This document shows, piece by piece, positions 1 through 9,794 of a stretch of DNA of 64,000 nt. The DNA is from Escherichia coli. GTDB taxonomy: Bacteria > Pseudomonadota > Gammaproteobacteria > Enterobacterales > Enterobacteriaceae. Both the position numbers and the translations under genes were made by a program. The stretch lies in NCBI RefSeq assembly GCF_003991155.1, contig NZ_CP031293.1, one strand, 5' to 3'. Every line of letters begins with the position of its first letter. The stretch's first letter is position 1. The notes under the pieces are model-generated. The model did not search any database. It saw nothing but the letters and a program-made list of their open reading frames with translations, and was not told the DNA's origin.

Positions 1-249
1 TATTTTTAAAATTATGCCTAAGACTGAATAACTCGTTATATTTAAAACCGTTAGTAATAATTTTACGCCTTACTTTTTCCAGTTTCATTTATTATCACTC
101 CTTGAGATCTTTAAATTATTATAGTGTATTTTTTAAGTGAGTCAATGCATCAGAGAAAGATCATCAGAAGAACTCTTTTTGTACTAAATAATTCGCATTT
201 TATGTTTAAAAATTGAGATATTCCTCATTGTCTGAAGCTGTTTTTTATT

Positions 250-1450
250 GCTTATACATGATCAAATACTCCTTACATAATTAAGGAGAACAAAATGGAA
301 CTTAAAAAATTGATGGAACATATTTCTATTATTCCCGATTACAGACAAGTCTGGAAAGTGGAACATAAATTGTCTGATATTCTACTGCTGACTATTTGTG
401 CCGTTATTTCGGGTGCAGAAGGTTGGGAAGATATAGAGGATTTTGGGGAAACACATCTCGATTTTTTAAAACAATACGGTGATTTTGAAAATGGTATTCC
501 TGTTCACGATACCATTGCCAGAGTTGTATCCTGTATCAGTCCTGCAAAATTTCACGAGTGCTTTATTAACTGGATGCGTGACTGCCATTCTTCAGATGAT
601 AAAGACGTCATCGTAATTGATGGAAAAACACTCTGGCATTATTATGACAAGAGTCGCCGCAAGGGAGCGATTCATGTCATTAGTGCGTTCTCAACAATGC
701 ACAGTCTGGTCATCGGACAGATCAAGACGGATGAGAAATCCAATGAGATTACAGCTATCCCAGAACTTCTTAACATGCTGGATATTAAAGGAAAAATCAT
801 CACAACTGATGCGATGGGTTGCCAGAAAGATATTGCAGAGAAGATACAAAACAGGGAGGTGATTATTTATTCGCTGTAAAAGGAAACCAGGGGCGGCTAA
901 ATAAAGCCTTCGAGGAAAAATTTCCGCTGAAAGAATTAAATAATCCAGAGCATGACAGTTACGCAATGAGTGAAAAGAGTCACGGCAGAGAAGAAATCCG
1001 TCTTCACATTGTTTGCGATGTCCCTGATGAACTTATTGATTTCACGTTTGAATGGAAAGGTCTGAAGAAATTATGCGTGGCAGTCTCCTTTCGGTCAATA
1101 ATAGCAGAACAAAAGAAAGAGCCAGAAATGACGGTCAGATATTATATCAGTTCTGCTGATTTAACCGCAGAGAAGTTCGCCACAGCAATCCGAAACCACT
1201 GGCACGTGGAGAATAAGCTGCACTGGCGTCTGGACGTGGTAATGAATGAAGACGACTGCAAAATAAGAAGAGGAAACGCCGCAGAATTATTTTCAGGGAT
1301 ACGGCACATCGCTATTAATATTTTAACGAATGATAAGGTATTCAAGGCAGGGTTAAGACGTAAGATGCGAAAAGCTGCCATGGACAGAAACTATCTCGCG
1401 TCAGTCCTTGCGGGGAGCGGGCTTTCGTAATCTTTCCCTGGAGTGAGTAT
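250..1450 (+). mobile_element. ISAs1-family (H-repeat) insertion element; boundaries approximate
   Basis: Contains the H-repeat-associated transposase reading frame (295-1430); flanks are AT-rich non-coding DNA on the left and a 5'-truncated gene on the right. Terminal inverted repeats not mapped. Confidence 0.55.
295..1430 (+). pseudogene. ISAs1-family / H-repeat-associated transposase, frameshifted
   Basis: ORFs 295-879 ([18 protein letters not shown]...) and 819-1430 ([23 protein letters not shown]...) together match the ~378-aa H-repeat protein family (YhhI/YdcC type). The frame breaks in the A-run at 848-851 (caaaac), consistent with a 1-bp deletion. Confidence 0.8.
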
Positions 1451-1603
1451 TTTGATTTACTGAAATATCTTATTAGAAACGGATATATTGATGAAACATA
1501 TAATGACTATATAACATATTTCTATGAAAACAGTTTAAACCGGAGTGACAAAGCTTTTTTAAGAAGTATTTCCGATAAAAAAGGGAAAGATTTTTCTTAT
1601 GCT

Positions 1604-3448
1604 TTGAATAACCCCTCATTAATAGCAAGTCGATTACAACTTTATGATTATAGCCAGCAAGAAACGTTAAATTTTGATTTGTTGGATCACCTCTTGGATT
1701 CATTGACTCAACATACAACACAACTTAAGACATTTATATCTCAACTGAAAAAAGATAAAAATCTCCGATTTATTAAAGAGTACATGGACACTGAACGTAA
1801 TATTTCAAGGTTAATCCCTTTATTAAATCAGCAGTGGAGTGATTTTTTTCAATTGATGTTGAATGAAAAATTATATACACAACAACAAATAAAATCATAT
1901 TCCCTGGACAGTCTTTATTTTTCAAATCAAGACACTTTATTAAAAGTCAACCATAATGGCTGTCTATCACAGTATATATCTGAACATAAAACATATCTAA
2001 ATATAGAACAGCCTCAAATTCAAATGCTAATAGATAAGTTTAAATGTTTAGATATTTTATTTAAGAATTTATCATATAACAACTCAGAAGCATCTTTATT
2101 TTCAGCCGTATATAAAGAGTCACTTTATGAACTTAATTATCATAATTTAAAAGAGCTTATTTGCTATGAATACAAATGTGCAGACGAAGATAAAATCAAA
2201 CACCAAAACTTCACCATATTACTAAGCAATGCATCAACATATCTTTATAAAAAGATAGATAAAAATATCGAAAAATATATAGCTATAGTTCTCGAAAATT
2301 GTGAGAATAGTATAGCTGATGCTGAAAATGCAGTTGTTGTAATTATTAATAAATCAGGAATTGATGAGGAAATAAAAAAATCATACATAGCAAAACTCAA
2401 TAATAGATTGAGTGACTTAAGTAAAATAGATGAATCAAATATGTGGTCTTACTTATTAGACCAACGAAAAATAGAGTATACTGCTGAGAATATTATTTTT
2501 TATTTTTCTCAGCATAGTGAATTAGATGAAACAATAATTAAATTTATAGATAGCGAAAAATCTATTACACTAGACTATTATAGTGGGTTTACAGACGATA
2601 TCAAAGAGAGATTTTTCGACAAGGTCATCATTTGTGAACAAATTAGCGATAACAAATACTTCGAGATATTATCTTCATTAGACTATTGCTATGAATCATT
2701 TGATATATCCGGTTTGCAGGATGCGAAGATAAAAGTACTTATCGACACTAATATAATTCGAATGTCCATTCTGAATCTAGAGTTTCTAAGAACTACATAT
2801 CCTAATAACCTTATGCATTATATAAATAAAAATATAATCGACTATATTAAACTACAGACAGGTGAATCTGCTGTTAGTGACACAAATGAAATTTTGAACG
2901 TCTTAGAATTAGATATTGATGATTCACAAAAAGAAAAGCTATCAATGATAGTAGATACTCCAATCTCTATTCAAAATAATAAATACTCAACTCTCTTTAA
3001 GAAACACATCCTCACAAATAAATTAGATATAAATGACATCCCTTATCTCATAGAAAATTATGGCACATTAGTAGCACTTCAATCGACAATTCTAATCATT
3101 TTAAGTGGTCACGTCAATGAGGTAAAAGATCATGCTGATAAATTATCGATTAACTTGTTAGAGGTCTTAATAAAGGATGCTCATTTTATCCATGATGATA
3201 ATGTAGAATTATTTGTAAAGCAGATAACTAACATGAATAAAATACAAATCAAGAAGTTTCTAAAACTGATTAATTCTTCTGAGTTAACTATCTTATTAGA
3301 TAAAAAATTGGCATCGATAAAAATAAGCTCGTCTAATGAAAAAATACTTAAGAGTTTCATAACAAATGGATTAATAAAATCCTACAGCCAAAGTACTGAA
3401 GATCCTGAATCATACATAATAGATTTCCCTGAGGAGTTTCTTGATTAA
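1604..3448 (+). CDS. Hypothetical protein, very AT-rich (N/K/I/L-rich); reading frame is open upstream to 1358, so likely 5'-truncated by the IS
   Basis: 614-aa ORF starting at a TTG. The same frame stays open back through the 3' end of the ISAs1 element to a stop at 1355-1357. No recognisable motifs. Confidence 0.5.
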   Translation: MNNPSLIASRLQLYDYSQQETLNFDLLDHLLDSLTQHTTQLKTFISQLKKDKNLRFIKEYMDTERNISRLIPLLNQQWSDFFQLMLNEKLYTQQQIKSYSLDSLYFSNQDTLLKVNHNGCLSQYISEHKTYLNIEQPQIQMLIDKFKCLDILFKNLSYNNSEASLFSAVYKESLYELNYHNLKELICYEYKCADEDKIKHQNFTILLSNASTYLYKKIDKNIEKYIAIVLENCENSIADAENAVVVIINKSGIDEEIKKSYIAKLNNRLSDLSKIDESNMWSYLLDQRKIEYTAENIIFYFSQHSELDETIIKFIDSEKSITLDYYSGFTDDIKERFFDKVIICEQISDNKYFEILSSLDYCYESFDISGLQDAKIKVLIDTNIIRMSILNLEFLRTTYPNNLMHYINKNIIDYIKLQTGESAVSDTNEILNVLELDIDDSQKEKLSMIVDTPISIQNNKYSTLFKKHILTNKLDINDIPYLIENYGTLVALQSTILIILSGHVNEVKDHADKLSINLLEVLIKDAHFIHDDNVELFVKQITNMNKIQIKKFLKLINSSELTILLDKKLASIKISSSNEKILKSFITNGLIKSYSQSTEDPESYIIDFPEEFLD

Positions 3449-3492
3449 TGCTAATCTTTAACAAGATGTCATAAATACACTTCAACAAAGAA

Positions 3493-3528
3493 AAAACCAC
3501 CAGCATCTCAATTGCTGGTGGTTTTTCT
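3493..3528 (+). terminator. Rho-independent terminator downstream of the AT-rich gene
   Basis: aaaaaaccaccagcatctcaattgctggtggtttttc: GC stem ccaccagca/tgctggtgg followed by a T-run. Confidence 0.6.
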
Positions 3529-3577
3529 TCTCCTAATTATCAGGAATCACCTCACGTAGCGGTCGGATGCAGTAGAA

Positions 3578-3677
3578 AAATTGGTGGTCATTCTGGTGGT
3601 CTTGACAATCTCGATTTTTTGTTTTAGCTTACCAATCAGCCAGTTAATGGCTACGGCGATCCCAGTCAGAGGAGCCC
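3578..3677 (+). repeat. att-like repeat copy A (about 70 bp of island arm plus the last ~17 nt of tRNA-Asn)
   Basis: ttggtggtcattctggtggtcttgacaatctcgattttttgttttagcttaccaatcagccagttaatggctacggcgatcccagtcagaggagcc; the 3' end matches the tRNA-Asn acceptor/T-arm end (cagtcagaggagcc). Confidence 0.75.
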
Positions 3678-3683
3678 AATTTC

Positions 3684-3710
3684 TGAAAAACCCGCTTTTA
3701 TAGCGGGCTT
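3684..3710 (-). terminator. Hairpin terminator downstream of cbl
   Basis: cccgcttttatagcggg stem with flanking A/T runs, immediately 3' of the cbl stop on the minus strand. Confidence 0.5.
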
Positions 3711-3714
3711 TTCG

Positions 3715-4665
3715 CTATATCTGATAATCAATTTCCTCTTCACTGTTTTCCATCACCTGGCGCTTGATATCCTCAACTGACAGTCCTGCATTACAAAGTT
3801 CCAGAAAGCGCCAGACATAGTTACGTTGAAGTTGCCCTCGCTTCAGTCCCAACCAGACAGTATTAGCATCGAAAAGATGCCTCGTATCCAGACGGATTAA
3901 ATTCTTTTCCTCTTGTTCACCACTGGATTGTTCGGCAACTAATCCGATCCCCAGCCCAAGAGCAACATAGGTTTTAATGACATCAGAATCCTGCGCACTT
4001 AATACAATATCTGCCAGCAAACCTTTGCGGGCAAATGCGTCATCAATACGTGAGCGCCCCGTAATCCCCTGTCGGTAAGTAATTAACGGCCACTTCGCTA
4101 TTGATTCCAGCGTCAACGGTGTAATTTGCGTCAAGGGATGATCGAGTGGAACAAGCAAACTATGGTGCCAACGAAACCACGGGAAGGCGACGAGCTGCGG
4201 GTCATTACTCAAACGCTCGCTGGCGATACCAATATCAGCTTCGCCATTTTGCAACAACGTCGCAATTTCCTGTGGTGTACCCTGGATTAGCTCCAGCCGA
4301 ACCTCCGGGAAAAGTTCGCGAAAAGCTTTAATGACCTCAGGCAAGCTATAACGTGCCTGAGTATGCGTCGTTGCAATAGTGAGAACGCCAGACGTATCGT
4401 TGGTAAACAGGTCTGCAAGCCGACGAACATTACTGGCTTCATTCAGAATACGTTCTGCAATGACCAGTAATGCTTTGCCCGGTTCAGTCATGCCCAGCAG
4501 TCGCTTACCTCGTCGAACAAATATTTCGATGCCAAGTTCATCCTCCAGTTCCCGAATATGACGGCTAACGCCTGACTGTGAGGTAAAAAGCATATTCGCA
4601 ACCTCTGTCAGGTTGTAATCCTGACGTGCAGCCTCGCGGATTATCTTTAGTTGTTGGAAATTCAC
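3715..4665 (-). CDS. cbl: LysR-family regulator Cbl (CysB-like)
   Basis: 316-aa ORF MNFQQLKIIREAARQDYNLTEVANMLFTSQSGVSRHIRELEDELGIEIFVRRGKR...; N-terminal HTH plus LysR substrate-binding region; sits next to nac as in E. coli. Confidence 0.85.
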   Translation of the reverse strand: MNFQQLKIIREAARQDYNLTEVANMLFTSQSGVSRHIRELEDELGIEIFVRRGKRLLGMTEPGKALLVIAERILNEASNVRRLADLFTNDTSGVLTIATTHTQARYSLPEVIKAFRELFPEVRLELIQGTPQEIATLLQNGEADIGIASERLSNDPQLVAFPWFRWHHSLLVPLDHPLTQITPLTLESIAKWPLITYRQGITGRSRIDDAFARKGLLADIVLSAQDSDVIKTYVALGLGIGLVAEQSSGEQEEKNLIRLDTRHLFDANTVWLGLKRGQLQRNYVWRFLELCNAGLSVEDIKRQVMENSEEEIDYQI

Positions 4666-4766
4666 GGTAAACTCCGGGCAGTTCAGATATCCCGTTATTG
4701 TTAAAGTCTAATGCCCGGCATAACAAATAATAAAAACCCGCATCTTATTCCATCCCGATATAACGC

Positions 4767-5684
4767 TTAGCTCACCAATTGCCACTGCCTTTTTTCCATC
4801 ACTGGAGAATTCATCACTGACATTAACAACTCTTTCACTGCTTGCGCCTGTGGTGATAAGTTCGCTCTGGCGGGTAAATTTAATGACAAAGAGAGACTCA
4901 TGGAAGGAGTGGTAATGCGTGACATCCAACCATTTACTGCGCCACATAACGAACGCGCGGCCGATTCGGGTAATACTGCAACGCCCATGCCGCTGGCAAT
5001 CGCTGCGGTAAGCGTGGCAATAGACTCAATTTCACCAATGACTTTTGCCGTGAGTCGCCGTAGGGAAAAAGCCTCATCAACACGAAGTCTAATAGCACTG
5101 TAATCACTTGGGAGAAAAAGGTTCATTTGCGCAATAGCATTAACATCAACGCTTTGCCCCGGGCAATCTTGAGTTCCTACCAGAAAAAGATCTTCTTTCA
5201 GTAAAGCCTGACTGGATACACCAGCCACAGGGGAATGCTCATAAATCACCGCCATATCGAGTTGGTGATTTATCAGTTTTTCGTTAAGTACTGCACCGCT
5301 ATTTTCATGAAGATAAATAACGACCTCCGGGAATTCAGCGCGAACCGCCTGTAATAAGGGCATGGTGATGGATGACGCAGCGGTTCCTGGCGCAAAGCCA
5401 ATCGAGACTTGCCCCGATAATGCCTGACCAACGTTATGCACCGCCAGTTGGGCCTGCTCACACTGACGTAAAATGGCCCGCGCATGGGTATAGAGAATTT
5501 TTCCGGCGTCAGTTGGCGTAACACCCCGTTTTGTGCGAATCAAAAGTTGTTGATTTAACTCACCTTCCAGTGTGGCAACCTGCTGACTGAGCGCTGGTTG
5601 TGCGATATGCAATACTTCAGCAGCCTGGGTCAGGCTACCAATATCTACAATTTTTACGAAGTATTTCAGGCGTCTGAAGTTCAT
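4767..5684 (-). CDS. nac: Nitrogen assimilation control protein Nac (LysR family)
   Basis: ORF 4767-5714; likely start at MNFRRLKYFVKIVDIGSLTQAAEVLHIAQPALSQQV... (5684); LysR HTH. Confidence 0.85.
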   Translation of the reverse strand: MNFRRLKYFVKIVDIGSLTQAAEVLHIAQPALSQQVATLEGELNQQLLIRTKRGVTPTDAGKILYTHARAILRQCEQAQLAVHNVGQALSGQVSIGFAPGTAASSITMPLLQAVRAEFPEVVIYLHENSGAVLNEKLINHQLDMAVIYEHSPVAGVSSQALLKEDLFLVGTQDCPGQSVDVNAIAQMNLFLPSDYSAIRLRVDEAFSLRRLTAKVIGEIESIATLTAAIASGMGVAVLPESAARSLCGAVNGWMSRITTPSMSLSLSLNLPARANLSPQAQAVKELLMSVMNSPVMEKRQWQLVS

Positions 5685-5961
5685 GTTGCCTCCGGTTTTT
5701 AAGAATCGGCCCAAGTGCCGCCATTACTTACAACCAGATTGCAAGATGCTTGCCAGTTTTATTTTGGCGTTGATGTACAAGCTAACCAACTGTCAAATAA
5801 GAGATTATGATAGTTTTGTCACTCGATCTTTTTATTAGAACTCGCGTTCTCTGCCCCAAGACATAAAGGTATGCACCACGATGGTTCATTACCAAAAAGA
5901 TTGAAAGCTCACCATTTTGTCGAAATTGGCAGCAAACAAACAAAAAAATGCATTTCACCCT

Positions 5962-5990
5962 TTGACATCACCATGCACTGCCATTAATAT
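5962..5990 (+). promoter_or_regulatory. Sigma70-like promoter for tRNA-Asn
   Basis: TTGACA (5962-5967), 17-bp spacer, TAATAT (5985-5990), about 18 bp upstream of the tRNA 5' end. Confidence 0.55.
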
Positions 5991-6008
5991 GCGCCCCGTT
6001 CACACGAT

Positions 6009-6084
6009 TCCTCTGTAGTTCAGTCGGTAGAACGGCGGACTGTTAATCCGTATGTCACTGGTTCGAGTCCAGTCAGAGGAGCCA
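6009..6084 (+). tRNA. tRNA-Asn (GTT anticodon)
   Basis: tcctctgtagttcagtcggtagaacggcggactgttaatccgtatgtcactggttcgagtccagtcagaggagcca; 76 nt, anticodon loop ctGTTaa. By recalled K-12 layout this is asnT-like by its downstream context and asnV-like by its upstream context. Confidence 0.95.
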
Positions 6085-6226
6085 AATTTTAGTCTTGAGA
6101 CATCTCTATAAGTCTCAGGATAGTTAAAAAACAAGAACTTATCTTTACCCGGTTGTCTCGCAAGAGGCTGCTGGGTTTCTTGACATCCATAGTTTTTAGG
6201 GGCCTAATCAGGGGCCTCACGGTTCG

Positions 6227-7513
6227 GTGAGCAAACGGAGCCCCCACGCTATGGCATTAACAGACACCGCTATTCGCAAGACTAAACCCTCTGACAAACC
6301 CTTCAAAATGACGGACAGTTCTGGACTGTACCTGTTGATCAAACCTAACGGCTCAAAACTCTGGTATATGAAGTACCGCATCGACGGCAAAGAGAAGAAA
6401 CTGGCCTTTGGCCCCTACCCGGAGATCTCCCTGTTGCAGGCTCGCCGCCTGCGCGAAACAGCACGCAATAACATTCATGCAGGCGTCGATCCGGCTGCGG
6501 TGAAGCAAACCGAGAAACAGAAGAGGAAAAACGGGCAGACGTTCAGCCAGATCGCCATCAACTGGCATAGCGAGCATAAACGCTGGTCTGAGCATTACGC
6601 GAAAACGGTTATGCGCAGGCTGGAAATGTACGTTTTCCCGGATATCGGGGATCGCCTTATCGAGGAGATCGAAACGGAGGATTTGTTATTCACGTTGCGC
6701 AAGGTAGAGAGTAAAGGCTTTCTGGAAATCACCGCGCGGCTGAAAAACTACGTCACCGATATCATGCACTACGCGATGAAAAAGAAACTGCTCAAAGCGA
6801 ACCCGGCGCTGTATCTGGACGGTGAGTTTGCCGCGCCAGAAACCAGTCACTACCCGGCCCTGTCGCTGGACAAATTGCCTGAGCTTTTAACCCGGACGGA
6901 TAGCTACTGCGGCAGGCTGCTGACAAAATACGCGCTTAAGCTGTCGCTGATTTTTTTTGTGCGCTCCAGCGAACTACGCTTTGCGCGCTGGAGTGAGATC
7001 GACTGGCAGCAGAAGTTATGGATAATCCCGGAAGAGCGCGAACAGATCGAAAACGTGCGCTTCTCTTACCGGGGGTCGAAAATGAAAATCCAGCACATTG
7101 TGCCGCTGTCGGATCAGGCGATTGCGATACTGAAACAGATCGAGGCCCTCTCCGGGCATCTGGCCTTTATTTTTCCCGGCGAATACGACCAGGACAAGTG
7201 CATGAGCGACAACACCGTCAACAAGGCGCTGCGCGTGATGGGTTACGACACCAAAAAGGATATCTGCGGGCATGGCTTCCGGGCAATGGCCTGTAGTGCG
7301 CTGAGCGAATCGGGATTATGGAGCAAAGAAGCCATTGAAAAGCAGATGAGCCACCAGGAAAGAAACAGCGTCCGTGCTGCCTATATTCACAAGGCTGAAT
7401 ATCTGGAGGAACGGATCGAGATGATGCAGTGGTGGTCAGATTATCTTGATGCAAACAGTGACGGGTATGTCTCGGCTTACCAGTATGCCCGCCGCCTAAA
7501 ACAGGCGTCGTAA
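6227..7513 (+). CDS. P4-type tyrosine integrase, island-associated
   Basis: 428-aa ORF directly 3' of tRNA-Asn. C-terminal ...HGFRAMACSALSESGLWSKEAIEKQMSHQERNSVRAAYIHKAEYLEERI... carries the catalytic H-x-x-R ... Y region. Possible alternative start at MALTDTAIRK (6251). Confidence 0.85.
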   Translation: MSKRSPHAMALTDTAIRKTKPSDKPFKMTDSSGLYLLIKPNGSKLWYMKYRIDGKEKKLAFGPYPEISLLQARRLRETARNNIHAGVDPAAVKQTEKQKRKNGQTFSQIAINWHSEHKRWSEHYAKTVMRRLEMYVFPDIGDRLIEEIETEDLLFTLRKVESKGFLEITARLKNYVTDIMHYAMKKKLLKANPALYLDGEFAAPETSHYPALSLDKLPELLTRTDSYCGRLLTKYALKLSLIFFVRSSELRFARWSEIDWQQKLWIIPEEREQIENVRFSYRGSKMKIQHIVPLSDQAIAILKQIEALSGHLAFIFPGEYDQDKCMSDNTVNKALRVMGYDTKKDICGHGFRAMACSALSESGLWSKEAIEKQMSHQERNSVRAAYIHKAEYLEERIEMMQWWSDYLDANSDGYVSAYQYARRLKQAS

Positions 7514-7636
7514 GTTAACAAAGCATCAGAGGGGGAAAAGGTATATTCCCCCTTTGTGCGTTTCAAATGTCGATGCTGACTGTAGCTTTTAAACTAAATT
7601 ACTGGATAAAAAGTAGCTTTTAAGCTACTATCTTTT

Positions 7637-7954
7637 ATGAAAACGATAAAGACCTACATAACTGCCGACGGGCGAGATCTGTATGCAGAGTTTTTTAAAG
7701 GGTTACGCGACCCCATCGCGAAGGCAAAGATCGCTTCCCGGATCAACCGGATGGCTTCGGACAATTTTGGCGACCATAAGCCCTGCCGGGAAGGTGTCTG
7801 GGAACTCAGGATAGATCAAGGGGCTGGGTATCGGGTTTATTACAGCCTGGTGGATGGAGAAGTCGTCCTGTTGATTCTGGCTGGCGACAAGCGTACGCAG
7901 GATGCAGATATAGATGAGGCTATTCGCTGCCTCAAAGACTATTTGAAGAGGTGA
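7637..7954 (+). CDS. Type II toxin, RelE/ParE superfamily (addiction module killer protein)
   Basis: 105-aa ORF MKTIKTYITADGRDLYAEFFKGLRDPIAKAKIASRINRMASDNFGDHKPCREGVWELRIDQGAGYRVYYSLVDGEVVLLILAGDKRTQ...; upstream of and 3 nt from an HTH antitoxin gene. Confidence 0.7.
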   Translation: MKTIKTYITADGRDLYAEFFKGLRDPIAKAKIASRINRMASDNFGDHKPCREGVWELRIDQGAGYRVYYSLVDGEVVLLILAGDKRTQDADIDEAIRCLKDYLKR

Positions 7955-7957
7955 TGT

Positions 7958-8266
7958 ATGGCGAAAGAACGTTTATATGATGATGTCATGGTGGAAGCGC
8001 TCCGGGAAGATCCTGCTTTTGCTCAGGCCTATCTGCATCAGGCATTTCTGGATATGGATGAAGATGGCGGTCAGGAAGCTTTTTTACTCGCGTTACGCCA
8101 TGTTGTTGAAGCGCGGGGAGGAATGGCGACGGTTGCCCAGAAAGCCGGTGTATCGCGTGAATCACTGTACCGCACGCTCTCCCCGACCGGCAACCCGACA
8201 CTGAAAACACTCCGCAGCGTCGTCCACGCCGCAGGTTTTCAGTTCTCTGCGCTGGCAAGTGCCTGA
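7958..8266 (+). CDS. HTH-type antitoxin (addiction module antidote protein)
   Basis: 102-aa ORF with C-terminal HTH (ATVAQKAGVSRESLYRTLSPTGNPTLKTLRSVVHAAG); adjacent to the toxin gene. Confidence 0.7.
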   Translation: MAKERLYDDVMVEALREDPAFAQAYLHQAFLDMDEDGGQEAFLLALRHVVEARGGMATVAQKAGVSRESLYRTLSPTGNPTLKTLRSVVHAAGFQFSALASA

Positions 8267-8388
8267 GTAGTTTTACATTTTGCAGCGATAATATAAATTG
8301 TAAATCATAATCCCTCCGTTGCTCTGTTCTGAGCAACGGATTACTTTGCATATTATCTGCTTTGCTAATCCATCAATTTTTAATTACC

Positions 8389-8682
8389 TTACATGGAAGC
8401 AACATACTCCATTAAATTATCTAATAAAAAATCAACCTTACTTATACCTTCATTTACATTATCGGCATAGATAAGTTCTACGAGCTTCATCCAACTTAAA
8501 TTGGAACGTACATTGTATTGTAAAAGGAGCCACTCTCTAAATCCCTCTAACATTTTACCGTCAAAGGAAAAATCCATCCCTAGTATAAAAGCCACAGTGT
8601 TTTCATAGTTATTTTCAAGTAGATACATATCGATATGCTTCTTAAAAAAAACAATTTTTTTTAGGAGGATATTTTTATTCAT
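8389..8682 (-). CDS. Putative immunity protein for the orphan Rhs C-terminal toxin
   Basis: 97-aa AT-rich ORF immediately 3' of the orphan Rhs toxin fragment (2-nt gap). Confidence 0.5.
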   Translation of the reverse strand: MNKNILLKKIVFFKKHIDMYLLENNYENTVAFILGMDFSFDGKMLEGFREWLLLQYNVRSNLSWMKLVELIYADNVNEGISKVDFLLDNLMEYVASM

Positions 8683-8684
8683 AA

Positions 8685-9299
8685 TTAAAATCCAAAATTG
8701 ATTGCATCAGGATATTGCCATAACTCTTTATATTCTTGTAATGGTAAACCGTCTGAGCCAGTAAAGGCATCATAAACCCGACCATCTTTTACTACAACGT
8801 CGTGATATGCCCAACCGGGATTCGTGCCTCTGTATTTACCTAATGAAGGAGCTCCGAAATCAGGTCTAATTCTTGCAATATCACCACCGATTTTCTTTTG
8901 TACCCACAATGCAAAATCTTCACAACCATTCCAGTTCTCAGAATTTTTAATATCCGCAGCCTTCCATACACAATCAGCGTTAAGGCCTAATGGATCAATC
9001 CAATTTAACGGATCTTTGACGTAACTGTATGGATTAATACCTCCCAACACCCCGGTTGGATCTGCCGAAATATACTGCGCAGTATCAGGATCATAGTACC
9101 GGAACCGGTTATAGTACAGTCCTGATTCGGCATCTTCATACTGCCCCGGAAAACGCAGGCGGCAGTCAGGTGCATCATCCCTGTTCCTGCCTTCTTCCCG
9201 GCCCCAGAGCTGTTGTTTTCCCCGCCAGACAATGGTGCCGCCCTCGGTCAGCAGTTCCTGGACACGGCCGACCGTATCCGTCACCGCGTAATGCAACAA
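8685..9299 (-). CDS. Orphan Rhs C-terminal fragment with a distinct toxin tip
   Basis: 204 aa: conserved end of the Rhs core (GRVQELLTE...RLRFPGQYED.ESGLYYNRFRYYDPDTAQYISADPTGVLGGINPYSYVKDPLNWIDPLGL) followed by a divergent ~95-aa C-terminus. About 300 bp (9000-9300) nearly identical to 10140-10440 in the main Rhs gene. Confidence 0.8.
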   Translation of the reverse strand: MLHYAVTDTVGRVQELLTEGGTIVWRGKQQLWGREEGRNRDDAPDCRLRFPGQYEDAESGLYYNRFRYYDPDTAQYISADPTGVLGGINPYSYVKDPLNWIDPLGLNADCVWKAADIKNSENWNGCEDFALWVQKKIGGDIARIRPDFGAPSLGKYRGTNPGWAYHDVVVKDGRVYDAFTGSDGLPLQEYKELWQYPDAINFGF

Positions 9300-9442
9300 G
9301 CCTTTCTCATAACGCGCCAGCGGTGTAAAACTTCCCGGTTCGTATATCCAGCGGATGGCGTTTTCATCATCTGGCTTGCCGTCCTGGCTGACCGGAATTT
9401 CTTGGTTAGATGACCGTCAGTTAAATGGATATTATCATTCCA

Positions 9443-9784
9443 TTAAAAATCGGAATGATCCATATATTCTATATGCTCATCAGAAAGTCCATCTGGATAT
9501 AACTCTCTTGGATAATCACTATCTAAAATTGCTAGGAAGTTATTTATAGTATTTTCCAATGCCTCATCTACTGTTTTTCCCCAGCCAATAGCACCTTCGG
9601 GACAATCATCAAATTTCCGTTTAATCATTACATTTGTAATCCCCATGTAACTCCCATCCTGAGACTCTCGTATTTTTATTTTTACTTTTGCGCTAGGGAT
9701 AACACCAAACATCCAAATTACAAACTCGGCTTCAACTTTCTCTACTTTAGATACACTGCGTATTTTCATTTGATGCCAGCCCAT
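9443..9784 (-). CDS. Putative immunity protein for the main Rhs toxin
   Basis: Small ORF 10 nt 3' of the Rhs stop; likely start at MGWHQMKIRS (9784). No motif-based support. Confidence 0.5.
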   Translation of the reverse strand: MGWHQMKIRSVSKVEKVEAEFVIWMFGVIPSAKVKIKIRESQDGSYMGITNVMIKRKFDDCPEGAIGWGKTVDEALENTINNFLAILDSDYPRELYPDGLSDEHIEYMDHSDF

Positions 9785-9794
9785 ATCTTTTCCT

